A stretch of 64,000 bases of DNA from an uncultured Planctomycetales bacterium (GCA_964631045.1 CAZVWB010000021.1:1-64000), one strand, 5' to 3'; shown: positions 50,438 through 60,633, counted from the stretch's first letter. Program-made: numbers and translations. The notes: generated by a model from the letters alone, not told the origin.

Positions 50438-51625
50438 CTAGCCGCCGCCAGCCGCCGGCTTCGAGGTTGGTCCCGGCTTGGCGACGGACGGCGTCGCCAG
50501 CTTTTGCGTCGCGAGCCGCACCACCAGCTTCGGGAACTCCGAGTCGTCCGTGTAAACCTCGGCAACCGCGTCCGGCGGAAGCTCCGTGACGGGGTTGAGC
50601 GAGAACTTGATCAGGTGCGAGTCGAACAGCTCGTTCGGGTTCCGCGGCTTTCCGGGCGGCGGCGTGCCATCCGTGACGGTGGCGATCACCTCCGGCGGGT
50701 TGCAGACCACGCGCGTGACTTTCACCGGCTTGGATCCCAGCCAGGACAGCCGCACCGTGCGGTCGGCGCTGGCGGATCCGACCCGCGGAAAAACCACCAT
50801 GTCCTGCGAGAGGTGCACGCGCGGCGCGACATAGCCGCCCAGGGCGATTTGCAGCTCGGGCAGGGTCGGATAGGCAGTCTCGAGAATGACGTGGCCGCTG
50901 AGGGGGCCGGGTTTCATCGGCGGGCGCGTCTTGATGACCAACTCGTATTGCGCGCCGGGCTTCACCTCCGTCAACGTGACGTCTATGGGCTGATTCTGCG
51001 GCGCCGACTTCAGCTTGATCTGTGCAGGCTCCGGGTAGAGATTTTGAATCGAAACGGTGATCGTCCGCTCGGTCTCCGCCACCATGCGGGGGAAAATCGC
51101 TCCGCCCATCGGCGACATGGTGTAGAGCGGACGCACGTTTCCGCGCACCGGAACCTGAAACTCCGGCAGCGTCGGGTCATTGCACTTGAAGCGCACATTC
51201 TGATTCGCCACGCCGATCCGGTAGGTCGTGTCGTACTTCACCAGCGCGACGTCGGATGCGCCGGCGGCGAGCGCGGCCTGCGGCTTGCGCACCGTGGTGC
51301 AACCGCACGACGCCTTCACCTCTTCAAACACCAGCGGTTGCGATCCGGTGTTCGTGATCTTGAGCTCAAAGGACACCGGCGTTCCCTGCCAGACGTCGCC
51401 GAACTCCAGAACATTCGCACTCAGCGCCACGCGCGGACCGGTCGCCGGCCCGGTGGCGGGTTGCGTGGTGCTCGCCGGTGCATCCGGGGGGAGCGCCACC
51501 GTCGGCTTGGTCGGCGCCTTCGGAAGCGGCTTGTCTTTCTTGATCGTCTGCGCGCTTGCGGCGGCGCACAGCATCAACCCCAGCACCGCGTATGCGGCCA
51601 CAATCGCCTGCAACTTGTTTGTCAC
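50438..51625 (-). CDS. DUF1573 domain secreted protein
   Basis: Signal peptide. The canonical DUF1573 motif FELKITNTGSQPLVFEEVKASCGCTT. Long Pro/Thr-rich linkers. Confidence 0.8.
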   Translation of the reverse strand: MTNKLQAIVAAYAVLGLMLCAAASAQTIKKDKPLPKAPTKPTVALPPDAPASTTQPATGPATGPRVALSANVLEFGDVWQGTPVSFELKITNTGSQPLVFEEVKASCGCTTVRKPQAALAAGASDVALVKYDTTYRIGVANQNVRFKCNDPTLPEFQVPVRGNVRPLYTMSPMGGAIFPRMVAETERTITVSIQNLYPEPAQIKLKSAPQNQPIDVTLTEVKPGAQYELVIKTRPPMKPGPLSGHVILETAYPTLPELQIALGGYVAPRVHLSQDMVVFPRVGSASADRTVRLSWLGSKPVKVTRVVCNPPEVIATVTDGTPPPGKPRNPNELFDSHLIKFSLNPVTELPPDAVAEVYTDDSEFPKLVVRLATQKLATPSVAKPGPTSKPAAGGG

Positions 51626-51893
51626 CGTCTTGTGCTCGCTTTGCTGATCCGGGCCGCCGGTCGCGCCGGCGGGCTCGAACGAGTCGCACTCATCGCTTCT
51701 ACGCCGGCGGTCACTCGCCCGAAGTCGCGGAGAGGCCGCGCGTCGCCATGCGCCGCCGACGAACCCAACGTGTCACGTTATCTTCCGCCGCCGAGCACGC
51801 GCTCGGCAAGTGCGGAAAACAGGACGCGCCGCACCGTGTCGCGGCGACCGAAATCAGCCGAATCGGGCCTGTTGCACACTACAATACGGGAAG

Positions 51894-52565
51894 ATGGAAC
51901 CCTCCTCGGGCTTTTTGACTGCCGCCGCAGCGGAAACGCTGCGCAGCGCGAACCACGAGCGGCCCGCACCGTCGGACTCGCTCGTCGCGCTCGCCGCGCG
52001 CGCCGCCGGCGGCGATGACGAGGCCTTCGAGTGCATTTATCGGCGGCTGGACGGCGGACTGCGGCGGTTCTTCGTGCGGCGCGGGGTCTCCGGGGCGGAG
52101 CTGGGCGAGGAACTGGCGCAGCTCACGTGGGTGGATGTGTGGATGGCGCTGCGCGCCGGCCGGTACGACTCGGCCCGGGCGGCTGTCTCGACCTTCGTCT
52201 ATGCCGTCGGATTCAAGGTGTGGTTGCAGCATCGCCGCCGCGCCCGGCAGGACGGACGGCGCGTCGAGGAGAACGGGATCGGCTTCGCGCTGGCCGTCTC
52301 GCAGCTTGCAGACCCGGCGGACGCGCTGGCTCTGGCCGAGCGGGTCGAGCGCGTGCGAAGCGTGCTGCACTGCGGCGGGGCGGGGCTGAGCGAAGAGGAA
52401 CTCCGGTTGCTGCGGGCGGTGGCCGGCGGCGGGTCGGAACGCAGCCTGGCGCAGGAATTCGGCGTTGCCGCCAGCACAATAAACGCGCGCAAGGCCATTG
52501 TTCTCAAGAAATTACAAGCACACATCGAACCGGCTGCCGAGCGCCGCGGCGCGCCGCGCGGATAA
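51894..52565 (+). CDS. ECF sigma factor
   Basis: Region 2 (FECIYRRLDGGLRRFF, TWVDVW) and region 4 HTH (ERSLAQEFGVAASTINARKAIVLKKL). Confidence 0.75.
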   Translation: MEPSSGFLTAAAAETLRSANHERPAPSDSLVALAARAAGGDDEAFECIYRRLDGGLRRFFVRRGVSGAELGEELAQLTWVDVWMALRAGRYDSARAAVSTFVYAVGFKVWLQHRRRARQDGRRVEENGIGFALAVSQLADPADALALAERVERVRSVLHCGGAGLSEEELRLLRAVAGGGSERSLAQEFGVAASTINARKAIVLKKLQAHIEPAAERRGAPRG

Positions 52566-52593
52566 CTCCGTGGTTTGACAAGGGCGACGTACC

Positions 52594-53409
52594 GTGGAAC
52601 GCATCGACCTGAGCGACCTGATTCAGATGGCTGCCGCCGCGGAGGCGGCGGACGCGCCGCCGGCGCGACCCGCGGCCGATGGGTCGCCGTCGGGCGAATC
52701 GGCGACGGATTGCCTGCGCATGTCGCGGCTGCACGCGCTGGCCGGCGGGCTTGCGGCGGCGCGAGACGAGGCGCGGCATCTGGCGGATTGCGTGGTCTGC
52801 GCGGGGCGGCTGCGCGCCTTTCGCGTGCGCGGGGCGCCGCGGCGCGCTGCGGTCCAGCGCTGGGGGGCCTGGTCGTGGATGCGGGCGGGGGCGCTGGGGG
52901 CGGCGGCGTGCCTGGGCTGGTTGTTGCTGCGCTCCTCGGTCGCGCCTTCGACCGTGCCACCGGCGCTCGCCGCACTGCCGGTGACGGTGCGCTACGCTCC
53001 GATGGCGGCGTCTCCGGGTGCGGCCCGCGTCGACTGCTTCCAATCGACGCCGCAGGAAACGTGCGTGATGATGGCGCTGTTCCAAACGTGGAACTCGGCG
53101 TGCGAATGCCTGACCTGGGAATTGCACCGCTGGGAGGATGGGGCAGCGCTGGCATCGGTGCGCGCGGGCGAATCGATCGACGTGCCGCTGAACGTCAGCG
53201 ACGATCCGCCGGTGACGCAGATGTTCGTCGTCGCGGTGGCCCGCGAGCGCAACGCGATGCCATCCGACGCGGAGCACCTGCTGGACTGCCTGATGCGCTC
53301 CGCCCCGGGGCCGGGATCGCCGAACGACATGGCGGCGTATTCGTCGGCCGTTTCGGGTTGTCTGCCGGAGGGGGTTACGGTGGTGCCGACTTCGTTTGTG
53401 GTGAAGTAG
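52594..53409 (+). CDS. putative anti-sigma factor (zinc-finger-like N-terminus, one TM helix, periplasmic domain)
   Basis: Positioned 28 bp after the ECF sigma gene. Has an H...C..C motif (HLADCVVCAGRL) followed by a hydrophobic segment. Confidence 0.5.
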   Translation: MERIDLSDLIQMAAAAEAADAPPARPAADGSPSGESATDCLRMSRLHALAGGLAAARDEARHLADCVVCAGRLRAFRVRGAPRRAAVQRWGAWSWMRAGALGAAACLGWLLLRSSVAPSTVPPALAALPVTVRYAPMAASPGAARVDCFQSTPQETCVMMALFQTWNSACECLTWELHRWEDGAALASVRAGESIDVPLNVSDDPPVTQMFVVAVARERNAMPSDAEHLLDCLMRSAPGPGSPNDMAAYSSAVSGCLPEGVTVVPTSFVVK

Positions 53410-53544
53410 GCCGCCGCCGGGCCGCCGGCGTTGGTCGCGCTGGTGGTTTGCTGGCTTCCGGCCGGGCGCGTCTGGCGATTCTGCGGCGCTGACTCGCCGG
53501 GACCGTCGGGGGGTCCGTGAAAGTCGGTTTCCCGCTGCACGCCA

Positions 53545-55914
53545 TCACGGGCATGTGTTGAACAGACACTCCAGAAAACCGTCGATGTCGAAGAAGTTAA
53601 CGCGATCGTCGCGATCGGTGTCGGCATATGCGCGGTCGCAAGCGGGGAACGCCGCGGCATAGGCGTCAGGATCAAACAGCGCCAGCACGAACGGGTCGAT
53701 ATCGGCGAAATCGATGGCGCCGTCGCAGTTCAAGTCGCCGCGCGAGCAGGCCGGCCCCCAGCGGAACCAGTTTTCCATGTTATCGTCGCCGAGGCGAACC
53801 GTTCCGGCCAGGTGCAGCGTCTGGCCCACGGCATCGGAAAAGCTGGCCATGTCTTCGATTCGTCCGATCGCGCCGCTGCCCAGGTCAGTCCACTCGCTGC
53901 CTGTCCACTTCGCGAAGATCACGGGTGCGCCGAAACTGTCAAATCCACCCGCAAAGAGCGCCGGACCGCTACCATCGTCGCAGACGCGTATCGTGGTGAT
54001 TCTCGACGTGCCGGCCACGCCTAGGCCGGCGCCGACGTTGGACCACTGGACCCCGTTCCACCGCGCCACGTTCGAAGCCGGCACACCGCCGGCGTGAGTA
54101 AACGTCCCCGCGGCGAATAGCGCCGGCCCCGTGCCGTCGTCATGGACTGCAAGCTCGTACACGATGCCGCGACTACCGTCTGACGTGAGGCCGGTTCCCA
54201 GCGTGGACCACGCGGCGCCATCCCAGCGAGCAATGCTGTTGGCGACGCCGCCGCCGACCGAGTTAAAGACCCCGGCCACATACAACGCAGGGCCTCCACC
54301 GTCGTCGAAGACTGTCATGCTCTGCAGCTTGCTTCGAGCCTCCGGGCCGTTCGCGCCGAGCGGGATCCAGGCCGCACCGTTCCACCGTCGCAGAGAATCG
54401 CCGCGAGCGAAGAGGTTTTCGCCGCACGTGTATAGCGCCGGTCCGGCGCCATCGTCGAAGACTTCGACACCGAAGAGTCTGTCGTATTGGTCGGCGCCCA
54501 GAGGAGACCACGTTTCGCCATTCCATTTCGCCACCCGAGCCACGCTCGATCCAATCGTGCCGCAGGCGTACAGGGCGAATCCACTACCATCGTCGAAACC
54601 GGCCAGGTCGGCTACTGCCGCTAGCGGCGGAGCGGCGGCGGCGCCTTCGCCGAGCGGAGCCCAAGACGACCCGTCCCAACGGGCGACGTCGGTCGCCGGG
54701 ATTCCCGAGAAACCAGTGAAGTTGCCGCCGGCGTAGAGTGCCGGACCGCCGCCGTCGTCGAGCGTCGTGAGCACCGTGATACTGCCGGCGGCGCTGGCGC
54801 GCCCAAAGGTTGCCCAGCCGTCGCCCGTCCAGCGCGCGATCCCGCCGTGGGCTGGGAACTCGCCGTATGCAATCAAGGCTGGCGTGTTTTGGTCGTCATG
54901 AAACGCAACGAGACCTTCGATCCCGCCGTTCGACTGGTCGAAGGTCGACCACGAGTCTCCGTCCCATTTTGCGAAGTTGCTCGCCGCAAGCCCGCCGGCG
55001 GTCGCGAAGTCGCCCCCCACGTAGAGTGCCGGCCCGCTGCCGTCGTCGAAGGCGGCGAGCGCGGTGACCGTCGCCAAGCCGCCCGCCACCCCATCGCCGA
55101 GCGGCAACCAACCCGTCCCTGTCCAGCGTGCCACGCCGCCTGCGGGCACGCCGCCCGCTGCTGTGAAGTTGCCGCCGGCGTAGAGGGCGGGCCCGGCGCC
55201 GTCATCGAATACTGCAATGACCCGAACGAAACCTGATAGCGGTCCGCCGGGCAAATCGACAAACGCGGCGCCGTTCCAGCGGAGCGCCCTGCCGTCGACG
55301 CCATACAGCGCTGGACCGTCGCCGAGATCGTAGACGGTGAGTTGGAAGACAGGGCTGGTGCGAGACATCGTCCAGTTCACGCCGTCCCAGCGACCCAACC
55401 CGAGAAGAATCGGGGGCTTGTTCGGAAGAAAGAAGCCGCCTGCGTAGAGGCAGGGACCGTTCCCGTCGTCAAACCACGCCACAGAGTAGACGCTGCACGC
55501 GTGGTATCCAGGAAGCCAGATCGTCGTCCAGCCACTTTCGTCCAATCGGTCGACCTGGCAATCCCGCCCGATGTACAAGGCCTGTCCTGAACCATCGTCA
55601 AACGTGGCGACTGCGGAAACCTCAGACCCGATCGGAAGTCCCGAGAGTCGAGACCAACGCGCCCCGTCCCAGAGCGCGGCGTCGTTTGCGGAGAGCGGTC
55701 CGGCACGATTGAAGTCACCTCCGACCACAAGCACGGGGGCCTGCGGACCGGCTCCGTCCGAATCCCACGGGGCGGCGACCAGAACTTCGCGATCAAGCCC
55801 CGGGGCGGCGCCCGCGGAAATCCATCCGGGCGGGCATTGCGCCCAAGCGGCCGCGGGACCACTCAGGAGCAGCCAAGCACTCAGGGCCGGCCAAAAGCGC
55901 GCGTCGGTTTTCAT
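53545..55914 (-). CDS. secreted beta-propeller-type repeat protein with a C-terminal dockerin-like Ca-binding module
   Basis: Signal peptide. About 13 copies of a ~46-aa repeat (FDDGSGPALY.GG.F..AGG.....VARW.G..W..LG). The C-terminal pair DLNCDGAIDFADI and DTDRDDRVNFFDI resembles dockerin EF-hand loops. Confidence 0.75.
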   Translation of the reverse strand: MKTDARFWPALSAWLLLSGPAAAWAQCPPGWISAGAAPGLDREVLVAAPWDSDGAGPQAPVLVVGGDFNRAGPLSANDAALWDGARWSRLSGLPIGSEVSAVATFDDGSGQALYIGRDCQVDRLDESGWTTIWLPGYHACSVYSVAWFDDGNGPCLYAGGFFLPNKPPILLGLGRWDGVNWTMSRTSPVFQLTVYDLGDGPALYGVDGRALRWNGAAFVDLPGGPLSGFVRVIAVFDDGAGPALYAGGNFTAAGGVPAGGVARWTGTGWLPLGDGVAGGLATVTALAAFDDGSGPALYVGGDFATAGGLAASNFAKWDGDSWSTFDQSNGGIEGLVAFHDDQNTPALIAYGEFPAHGGIARWTGDGWATFGRASAAGSITVLTTLDDGGGPALYAGGNFTGFSGIPATDVARWDGSSWAPLGEGAAAAPPLAAVADLAGFDDGSGFALYACGTIGSSVARVAKWNGETWSPLGADQYDRLFGVEVFDDGAGPALYTCGENLFARGDSLRRWNGAAWIPLGANGPEARSKLQSMTVFDDGGGPALYVAGVFNSVGGGVANSIARWDGAAWSTLGTGLTSDGSRGIVYELAVHDDGTGPALFAAGTFTHAGGVPASNVARWNGVQWSNVGAGLGVAGTSRITTIRVCDDGSGPALFAGGFDSFGAPVIFAKWTGSEWTDLGSGAIGRIEDMASFSDAVGQTLHLAGTVRLGDDNMENWFRWGPACSRGDLNCDGAIDFADIDPFVLALFDPDAYAAAFPACDRAYADTDRDDRVNFFDIDGFLECLFNTCP

Positions 55915-56265
55915 GGTTGACTCCTGAAGATCCGGAAACGAAGCATCCCGCGCGTGGTCTTGCGAATTGAACAGGGATGATACCGCGGACGAAGCGCGAC
56001 GCATAGTACGTGCTGTGTCGCCGGTCGCCTCGGAAGCGTTGACGTGCGTTGAAAGTCCGGTACTGCCGTGGTACTACATCGGCGGCGCGAAGGTCGCTGT
56101 CAGCAGGAAGTCTCCGCCGATTCGCATGTCGCGCCGGGCATTTCGCGGCGAAGCGTCCGTGATCGATCGGCAAGCGAGAAACCCGGTCGATCGAACGATG
56201 GGCACGTTTGGGCGCGAATAGTGCATCGCTGCGGCTGAAGTTCCAACTACGCGCGCGAGGATTTT

Positions 56266-58449
56266 GTGGCATCACCTTCAAAGAGCCCGGACCGCGACCG
56301 CATCCGCATCGTCGGCGCGCGCGAGCACAACCTGCGCGGCGTCTCCGTGACGCTGCCCAAGAACAAGCTGATCTGCTTCACCGGCGTTTCCGGCAGCGGC
56401 AAGAGCAGTCTGGCCTTCGACACGCTGTATGCCGAGGGGCAGCGGCGCTACATCGAGTCGCTGAGTTCCTATGCCCGCCAGTTCCTCGGGCAGTTGCCCC
56501 GGCCCGAGGTCGATCAGATCACCGGGCTTTCGCCTTCCATCAGCATTCAGCAGAAGACCAGCGGCTGGAACCCGCGCAGCACCGTCGGCACCATTACGCA
56601 GATTCACGACTATCTGCGCGTGCTGATGGCCCGCGCCGGCGTCGCCCGCTGCCCGGCGTGCGACCAGCCGATCACCGCGCAGACCCGCGAGCAGATGATC
56701 GGCCGCATCTTCGCGCTGGGCGAGGGGGCCCGCATCGTGCTGCTCGCGCCGAAGGTGCGGGCCCAGAAAGGCGAACATCGCGACCTGTTCGACGACTTGC
56801 TCAAGCAGGGGTTTGTTCGCGCCCGCGTGGACGGCGCGACGATCGAGCTCTCCAATCCGCCCCCGCTCGATCGCTATCGCCGGCACGACATCGAGGTGGT
56901 CGTCGATCGCCTGGTGATCGCCACGGCGGCCCGCGGCCGGCTGGCCGAGTCGCTCGAAATCGCCCTGCGCGTCGGCGAGGGCGTGGCCATCGTCGTGCGC
57001 CAGGACGCCGCCGAGCAGGCCGCGCCGGCCGACGCATCGGCGGCAGGCGGAGGCGGGCCGCGCTCGAACCGGCGCGGCCCGGCGGCCGACGCGGACCTCC
57101 TGGCCGAAGTCGAGGCGGCGCAGCGCGATGCGCTGTCGGAGCTCGATTCCGGTCCGCAAGCGCGCAGCGCGCGCGGCGCCGCCGCATCGCCGCCGGCGGG
57201 CGCCCGCGGCAGTCGCCGCCGCACGCCGCGGTCGGCCGCTGCGAGCGGCGGCGGCGACGAGGTGCGGCTGAGCGCCGCGTACGCCTGCGGCGCGTGCGGC
57301 CTGAGCTATGAGCCGCCGAACCCGCAGCTTTTCAGCTTCAACAGCCCGCAGGGCATGTGCGGCCACTGCGACGGGCTGGGCACGCGCTTCGACTTCGACC
57401 CCGAGCTGCTCGTGCCCGATCCCACCCGCGAGTTTCTCTATCCGTGCGTCGCCCCGCTGCGGCACAAGCCGGGGCGCTGGCGGCGGCACATCTACGAGGG
57501 CGTCGCCCGGCACCTGGGTTTCGACCTGAAGACACCCTGGAAAGACCTGCCGCGGGCCGCCCGCCAGGCGCTGCTCTACGGCACCGGCGACGCACACATC
57601 ACCTTCGAGTGGCGCGGCCGGCACGGCGTCTGGAAGCACGGCGGCGTGTACGAAGGCGTCATCGCCGAACTGCAGCAACGGCACCGCAAGGCGTCCTCCG
57701 AGTTCGTCCGCTCCTACTACGAGCAATTCATGCGGCAGTCCCCGTGCGCCCGCTGCGGCGGCGCGCGGCTGAATCCGCAGGCGCTGGCCGTCACGCTCAG
57801 CGGCCGGGCCGCACCCGGCGACGAGGTCGCACAGCTCAACATCGACGCGATCGGGAAGCTCCCGATCCACCGCGCGCTTTACCTGTTCGAAAACCTGGCG
57901 CTGGATCCGGTGCGGCAATTGATCGCGCAGGAGCCGCTGAAGGAGATCGTGGCGCGGCTGCGCTTCCTGCTCGACGTGGGGCTGGACTATCTCACGCTCG
58001 ACCGCTCCGCGCCGACGCTCTCGGGCGGCGAGTCGCAGCGCATTCGCCTCGCCAGCCAGATCGGCAGCGGGCTCGTGGGCGTGCTCTATGTGCTGGACGA
58101 GCCGAGCATCGGCCTGCACCCGCGCGACAACCGCCGGCTGATCGCGTCGCTTCAGAAGCTGCGCGACATGGGCAATACCGTCGTCGTCGTCGAGCATGAT
58201 CGCGACACGATGGAGGCGGCCGACGAGATCGTCGACTTCGGTCCCGGCCCCGGCGTTCGCGGCGGCGAGATCGTGGCGCGCGGGTCTGTGGCCGAGGTGG
58301 CGGCGGCGCCGCGCTCGCTGACCGGCGGTTACCTGGCCGGCCGCCTGTCGATCGACACGCCGCAGACCCGGCGACCGATCGGGCCGCGGCCGGACTTGTC
58401 GTCCGACAGCCCGCCGAAGACCGCGCGGGCGCGGCGAAAAGCGCGCTGA
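56266..58449 (+). CDS. UvrA-like ABC ATPase comprising only the N-terminal nucleotide-binding half (NBD-I)
   Basis: Walker A GVSGSGKSS, Zn-finger cysteines, UvrB-binding-like region, signature LSGGESQRIRLA, Walker B LYVLDEPSIGLH, H-loop VVVVEHD, then SLTGGYLAGR, and a stop where NBD-II would begin. No second half follows. Contains a ~100-aa Ala/Arg/Gly/Ser low-complexity insertion. Confidence 0.8.
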   Translation: MASPSKSPDRDRIRIVGAREHNLRGVSVTLPKNKLICFTGVSGSGKSSLAFDTLYAEGQRRYIESLSSYARQFLGQLPRPEVDQITGLSPSISIQQKTSGWNPRSTVGTITQIHDYLRVLMARAGVARCPACDQPITAQTREQMIGRIFALGEGARIVLLAPKVRAQKGEHRDLFDDLLKQGFVRARVDGATIELSNPPPLDRYRRHDIEVVVDRLVIATAARGRLAESLEIALRVGEGVAIVVRQDAAEQAAPADASAAGGGGPRSNRRGPAADADLLAEVEAAQRDALSELDSGPQARSARGAAASPPAGARGSRRRTPRSAAASGGGDEVRLSAAYACGACGLSYEPPNPQLFSFNSPQGMCGHCDGLGTRFDFDPELLVPDPTREFLYPCVAPLRHKPGRWRRHIYEGVARHLGFDLKTPWKDLPRAARQALLYGTGDAHITFEWRGRHGVWKHGGVYEGVIAELQQRHRKASSEFVRSYYEQFMRQSPCARCGGARLNPQALAVTLSGRAAPGDEVAQLNIDAIGKLPIHRALYLFENLALDPVRQLIAQEPLKEIVARLRFLLDVGLDYLTLDRSAPTLSGGESQRIRLASQIGSGLVGVLYVLDEPSIGLHPRDNRRLIASLQKLRDMGNTVVVVEHDRDTMEAADEIVDFGPGPGVRGGEIVARGSVAEVAAAPRSLTGGYLAGRLSIDTPQTRRPIGPRPDLSSDSPPKTARARRKAR

Positions 58450-58504
58450 CACCGCTTGGGCTTCCCGTCTCGAACAGCAGGCGTCGCCGCCGCACGCCGC
58501 GCGG

Positions 58505-60250
58505 CTACGGCCTCCACCGCCACTGGTGGCCCGTCGGAATCTGCCCGAAGGCGTATGCGGCCAGCGCGTGCCGCGTGCCGAACTTGTCTCCGCCGTATCC
58601 GCCCCACTCCACCGGACCGATGCCGCGCGTCGCATAGCAGTGCAGCGTCCCGCGGCGGTCGGCGACGAGAACGTCCAGCTTGCCGTCGCCGTTGACGTCG
58701 GCAACGAGCGGCGAGCACTCGATGGGTGCGTCGAACTCGACTTGCTTGAGCAGGTGGCCGTCGTGCGAGAGCACGGAGAGCCGCCCGCGCGCGAACCCCG
58801 CGGCATCGCCGTCCATCGAGGTCACGACGATCTCGCTTCCACGATCCGTGTTCAGGTTGGCGACCGCGGGCGTGCCCCAGATCACGCCGCCCGGCGAGTA
58901 TCGCCAGCGGACGTCGTCTCCCGCGAGGGCGAAGACCGATCCCGCCGCACCGCCCGCCGTGCCCGAAGAGCACGCAAGCAGCCACGGACGGCCGGCCTCG
59001 TCGCCGATCAGCGTGCGCGGCGCGGCGACCATCGCGAGCGTCGCAGGCGCGCCCAGTTGCCAGCGCGGCAGCGCTTCGAGCGAGCGCCCGGCTTGAAGTA
59101 TCGTCGCCACGCCGCCGGCGCCGTCGGCCAGCACCGCCAGCACGTCCGGCGAGGCGCCGGGGTCGAGCAGAATCGGCCCGCCGAAGCAGCCGCGCGGCAG
59201 ATCGCCGCGCCAGCGGAGCGCGCCATCGGCGGCGGACAAGATGCGCACGTGCCCGTCGAGCCAGGTCGCGACGATCTCGTTGCCTGGATTGCCCAGCACG
59301 TCGCCGAGCGCCAGATTCACGCCGATGAGCCCGCTCTCGCGACGCGGTCCGCTGCGGCCGCGCGTGGCGGACCAGAAGTCGCGACCGGTCGCGCCGCTGA
59401 GCGCCAGCAGCTTGTCGTGCTGCGTCGCGACGATGACATCCGCAACGCCGTCGCGATTCACGTCGTGAACGAGTGGGGTCGAGGCGAGCGCCGCGCCCAG
59501 GTATGTCTTCCAGCGCGGCGCGCCGTCGGGCGCGACGCAGTACACGTAGCCGTTGCGGCACGCCAGGAAGAGCACCTGGTCGCCGGCGGCGATGCCTAGA
59601 ATGTCCCGCGGTCCGCGGTCGGGCGGGGTGAAGATCAGGGTGGGGACGCCCGTCGCGCCGTCGATCTGCACCAATCCGTCCGACGGGTCGTCAGCGCTAT
59701 CGACGCCGCCGCCCAGCGTGCCCGCGTAAATCTGCCCGTCAAGCGCCAGCAGCGGCGTGAACCACGCGGTCAGGCCGATCGGCGCGGTCCAGAGCGGTTC
59801 GAGCCGCACAACCTCATCTGCCTGGAGCCGCGGCGCTTTGCCCTCGCGCGAGCGCGTCCAGGCGTCGTGCCAGCGTGTCCAGTCGGCGGTGCGATCGCCG
59901 TAGTCCGCCCCGACCAGGCAGCGCAGGAACGCGCCGACGCGCGGGTCGCCGGGCGCGTAGCGGGCGAAGATGTGTGCGACCAGTTGGGCTTCGCGTCCGC
60001 GCCAGCGGCTCGAGGTCTCGCTCTCCCAGATCGCGAAGGCCGCGTCGACTTCCTCCGCGCGCTGTGCGGACTGCATCAGCACGATTCCGCGATGCGCCGC
60101 CGCGCTGACCGACCAGGCTCGCAGGTACCAGACGAGCCAGACCGCGCCGGCCGTCAGGGCTGCCGCCGCTAGCGATATGGCGACAAGCGTGCGCACCGGC
60201 GGTCGCCGCCGACGCACGGGGGCCGCAGTGTATGGGCCGTAAGGTCGCAT
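58505..60250 (-). CDS. FG-GAP/VCBS-repeat beta-propeller protein with an N-terminal TM anchor
   Basis: Repeated VHDVNRDGVADVIV and VADVNGDGKLDVLV Ca-binding-type motifs. Internal ATG at 60250 gives a TM segment (LVAISLAAAALTAGAVWLVW). Confidence 0.7.
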   Translation of the reverse strand: MRPYGPYTAAPVRRRRPPVRTLVAISLAAAALTAGAVWLVWYLRAWSVSAAAHRGIVLMQSAQRAEEVDAAFAIWESETSSRWRGREAQLVAHIFARYAPGDPRVGAFLRCLVGADYGDRTADWTRWHDAWTRSREGKAPRLQADEVVRLEPLWTAPIGLTAWFTPLLALDGQIYAGTLGGGVDSADDPSDGLVQIDGATGVPTLIFTPPDRGPRDILGIAAGDQVLFLACRNGYVYCVAPDGAPRWKTYLGAALASTPLVHDVNRDGVADVIVATQHDKLLALSGATGRDFWSATRGRSGPRRESGLIGVNLALGDVLGNPGNEIVATWLDGHVRILSAADGALRWRGDLPRGCFGGPILLDPGASPDVLAVLADGAGGVATILQAGRSLEALPRWQLGAPATLAMVAAPRTLIGDEAGRPWLLACSSGTAGGAAGSVFALAGDDVRWRYSPGGVIWGTPAVANLNTDRGSEIVVTSMDGDAAGFARGRLSVLSHDGHLLKQVEFDAPIECSPLVADVNGDGKLDVLVADRRGTLHCYATRGIGPVEWGGYGGDKFGTRHALAAYAFGQIPTGHQWRWRP

Positions 60251-60633
60251 TGCGGTTCGAGGCGCTCTGACACGCGGCTGGTGGCGCGGCTTCCATGCCG
60301 CACCCTGCCTGCGGGTGATAACCGCGGGCCGCGCCGTACTCAAGGCGGAGCAGGTGCTTCGCCAGACCGCGGCGCACCTGCGGAGGAAACCGCAGGTCGC
60401 AAGCCCCGCGCGGCGCGGCGCGTTGCCGATTGCCGGGCCGCCGGGGGTTGGCGATGCGGAAAGCAGCGTTCTCTGCGGTCGGAATGTGCCTGCGAGGCGC
60501 GGATGGCGTACCATAGTTGATGCATCTTCGACCAAGGGATGAGTCTCGGGCGGACCCTGGCCGATAATGTGAAAGGGTGCTCGGCCGGCCTGCCGGGCAG
60601 TTCGTGGCATCTTCGATACGCGGGAGTGCGAGC

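Noticed and set aside
56208-57311. 367-aa ORF overlapping the 5' half of the UvrA-like gene in another frame
   Set aside because: Arg/Ala/Gly-rich low-complexity translation. The UvrA frame carries all the conserved ABC and Zn-finger motifs.
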